Virus record (IMG/VR): IMGVR_UViG_3300046779_000201 | Coordinates: 1-46,360 of that record | DNA length: 46,360 nt | Direction: 5' to 3' (one strand) | Source of the DNA: a virus | Taxonomy: Duplodnaviria; Caudoviricetes | In this document: in pieces, positions 45,182 through 46,360 of the stretch | Layout: each line of letters opens with the position of its first letter | Position numbering within the stretch: the first letter of the stretch is position 1 | Translations under genes and position numbers: made by a program | The notes under the pieces: model-generated | Seen by the model: only the letters and a program-made list of their open reading frames with translations | What the model was told of the DNA's origin: nothing | The model's database searches: none

Positions 45182-45667
45182 ATGGCAACTATTCTAATTA
45201 AACGCTCTGATACAGCTTCGTCTGTTCCAGCATCTGGGGCATTAACTAATTCTTCTAGTGGAGCTGAATTAGCGGTAAACACTGCTGATCGTAAGCTTTA
45301 TGTTAAGAACTCTGGAGGTACTGTAGTAGATATCTCTGGTGCTAAAGCAGACTTAACCAATACCTTTACAGCTTCACAGCGTGGCACAGTCACTACGGAC
45401 AATGATGGTTCATTCGACATGAATGTGACTAACAACTTTAAGTGTACGCCCACAGGCAGTTTTACCCTAACCTTTACTAACATCACTGCTGGTCAGTCTG
45501 GGTTTATCCTGCTAGTAAACGGATCTAACTACACAGTATCTGCCCATGCTAACACCAAGGTAGCCACGGGTGCTTTGACTGCTATGTCAGCCACTGGTAC
45601 TTATCTGCTTAGTTACTTCTCTGACGGTACTAACGTTTTTGTAGTCAACTCTGGAGCATTAGCTTAA
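45182..45667 (+). CDS. Fibre adaptor protein (copy 2)
   Basis: Homolog of 8251-8736. Confidence 0.6.
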   Translation: MATILIKRSDTASSVPASGALTNSSSGAELAVNTADRKLYVKNSGGTVVDISGAKADLTNTFTASQRGTVTTDNDGSFDMNVTNNFKCTPTGSFTLTFTNITAGQSGFILLVNGSNYTVSAHANTKVATGALTAMSATGTYLLSYFSDGTNVFVVNSGALA

Positions 45668-46360
45668 TGGCTGTTCTACCTACGGGCATTGGCCCAGTCA
45701 CTGGCTACAACATAGAGCGCAGTCTGCGGTTTAACTCTGCGGATAGTGCGTATCTGAATAAAACTTTTTCTACAACCCCGACAAATAGAGCTAAAAAAAC
45801 TATTTCGTTTTGGGTAAAGCGTAGCGCACTTTCTAGCGCGCAAGACTTATTTAGTTCTTATAACGGTGGTGGTCAAGATGGTTTATTTTTTAATTCAAGC
45901 GACCAATTGCAAATATACGCAATGAATGGAGGAGCGGGCGGTACTGTTAACGGTGTTTTGCGTGATGTTAGTGCTTGGTATCACATCATTTATGTAATTG
46001 ACACAACTCAAGCAACCGCTGGAGATAGGTTAAAAATTTGGATTAACGGCGTAAATTATCCGTCCGCATCTTGGACATCATATTCTGCCCCAACATTAAA
46101 CAGCACAGCAGATATATTATTTTTTCAGTCAACAGAAATTGGAAGAAATGATTTTACTTCTGGCGGTTACTTAAATGGATATTTGACAGAAACTTATTAC
46201 ATTGACGGTCAAGCCCTAACACCATCCTCATTTGGTGAAACTGATTCTGCCACAGGTGTATGGAAGCCCAAGGCTTACTCTGGCACATACGGCACTAACG
46301 GGTTCTACCTAAAGTTTGCAGACAACTCTGGCACGACCAGCACAACGCTAGGCAAGGACA
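45667..46360 (+). CDS. Lectin-like fibre protein (copy 2, truncated by window end)
   Basis: MAVLPTGIGPVTGYNIERSLRFNSADSAYL...; open to the end of the window. Confidence 0.85.
   Translation, partial: MAVLPTGIGPVTGYNIERSLRFNSADSAYLNKTFSTTPTNRAKKTISFWVKRSALSSAQDLFSSYNGGGQDGLFFNSSDQLQIYAMNGGAGGTVNGVLRDVSAWYHIIYVIDTTQATAGDRLKIWINGVNYPSASWTSYSAPTLNSTADILFFQSTEIGRNDFTSGGYLNGYLTETYYIDGQALTPSSFGETDSATGVWKPKAYSGTYGTNGFYLKFADNSGTTSTTLGKD

Larger units (their letters stand above)
36929..46360 (+). repeat. Diverged second copy of region 1-9450 (TerS to start of lectin fibre)
   Basis: Same gene order at offset about 36,928; the capsid protein differs at 14 of 314 aa and other genes are more diverged. Confidence 0.97.

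Noticed and set aside
36929-46360. Long direct terminal repeat
   Set aside because: Terminal repeats are regenerated each cycle and should be identical; these copies differ throughout.
1-46360. tRNA, rRNA, integrase/att site, introns or inteins, alternative genetic code
   Set aside because: None recognised; TerL, PolA, helicase and RNR are uninterrupted, and all three stop codons end genes normally.

Overview
The window holds one complete, unit-length (36,928 bp; 1-36928) genome of an apparently lytic, podovirus-like dsDNA phage. It is followed head-to-tail by 9.4 kb (36929-46360) of a related but clearly diverged second copy of the same genome start, most simply a co-assembled sister strain. 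The + arm (1-22.4 kb) carries packaging, head, fibre, tail, ejected-protein and lysis genes. The - arm (36.4 to 22.4 kb) carries small early genes and a T7-like replication module: primase-helicase, PolA, SSB, 5'-3' exonuclease, resolvase, metallophosphoesterase, DUF3310 and a class II ribonucleotide reductase. I see no phage RNA polymerase, integrase or recognisable repressor, and transcription appears to use host sigma70 promoters that all have an extended -10. The most notable observations are: (i) eight exact copies of a 14-bp palindrome, TAGATA-NN-TATCTA, confined to the early/replication arm, an unexplained operator-like network; (ii) two head-to-head sigma54 -24/-12 boxes in the control region; (iii) variable cassettes revealed by comparing the two copies, namely an LPD23/zincin gene between TerL and portal and a lectin domain flanked by near-identical DNA boxes; (iv) a covarying multi-hairpin element after the capsid gene; (v) apparent avoidance of CCWGG; and (vi) a shared C-terminal GGTY motif on fibre proteins. 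Family names come from motif recognition by eye, not database searches.
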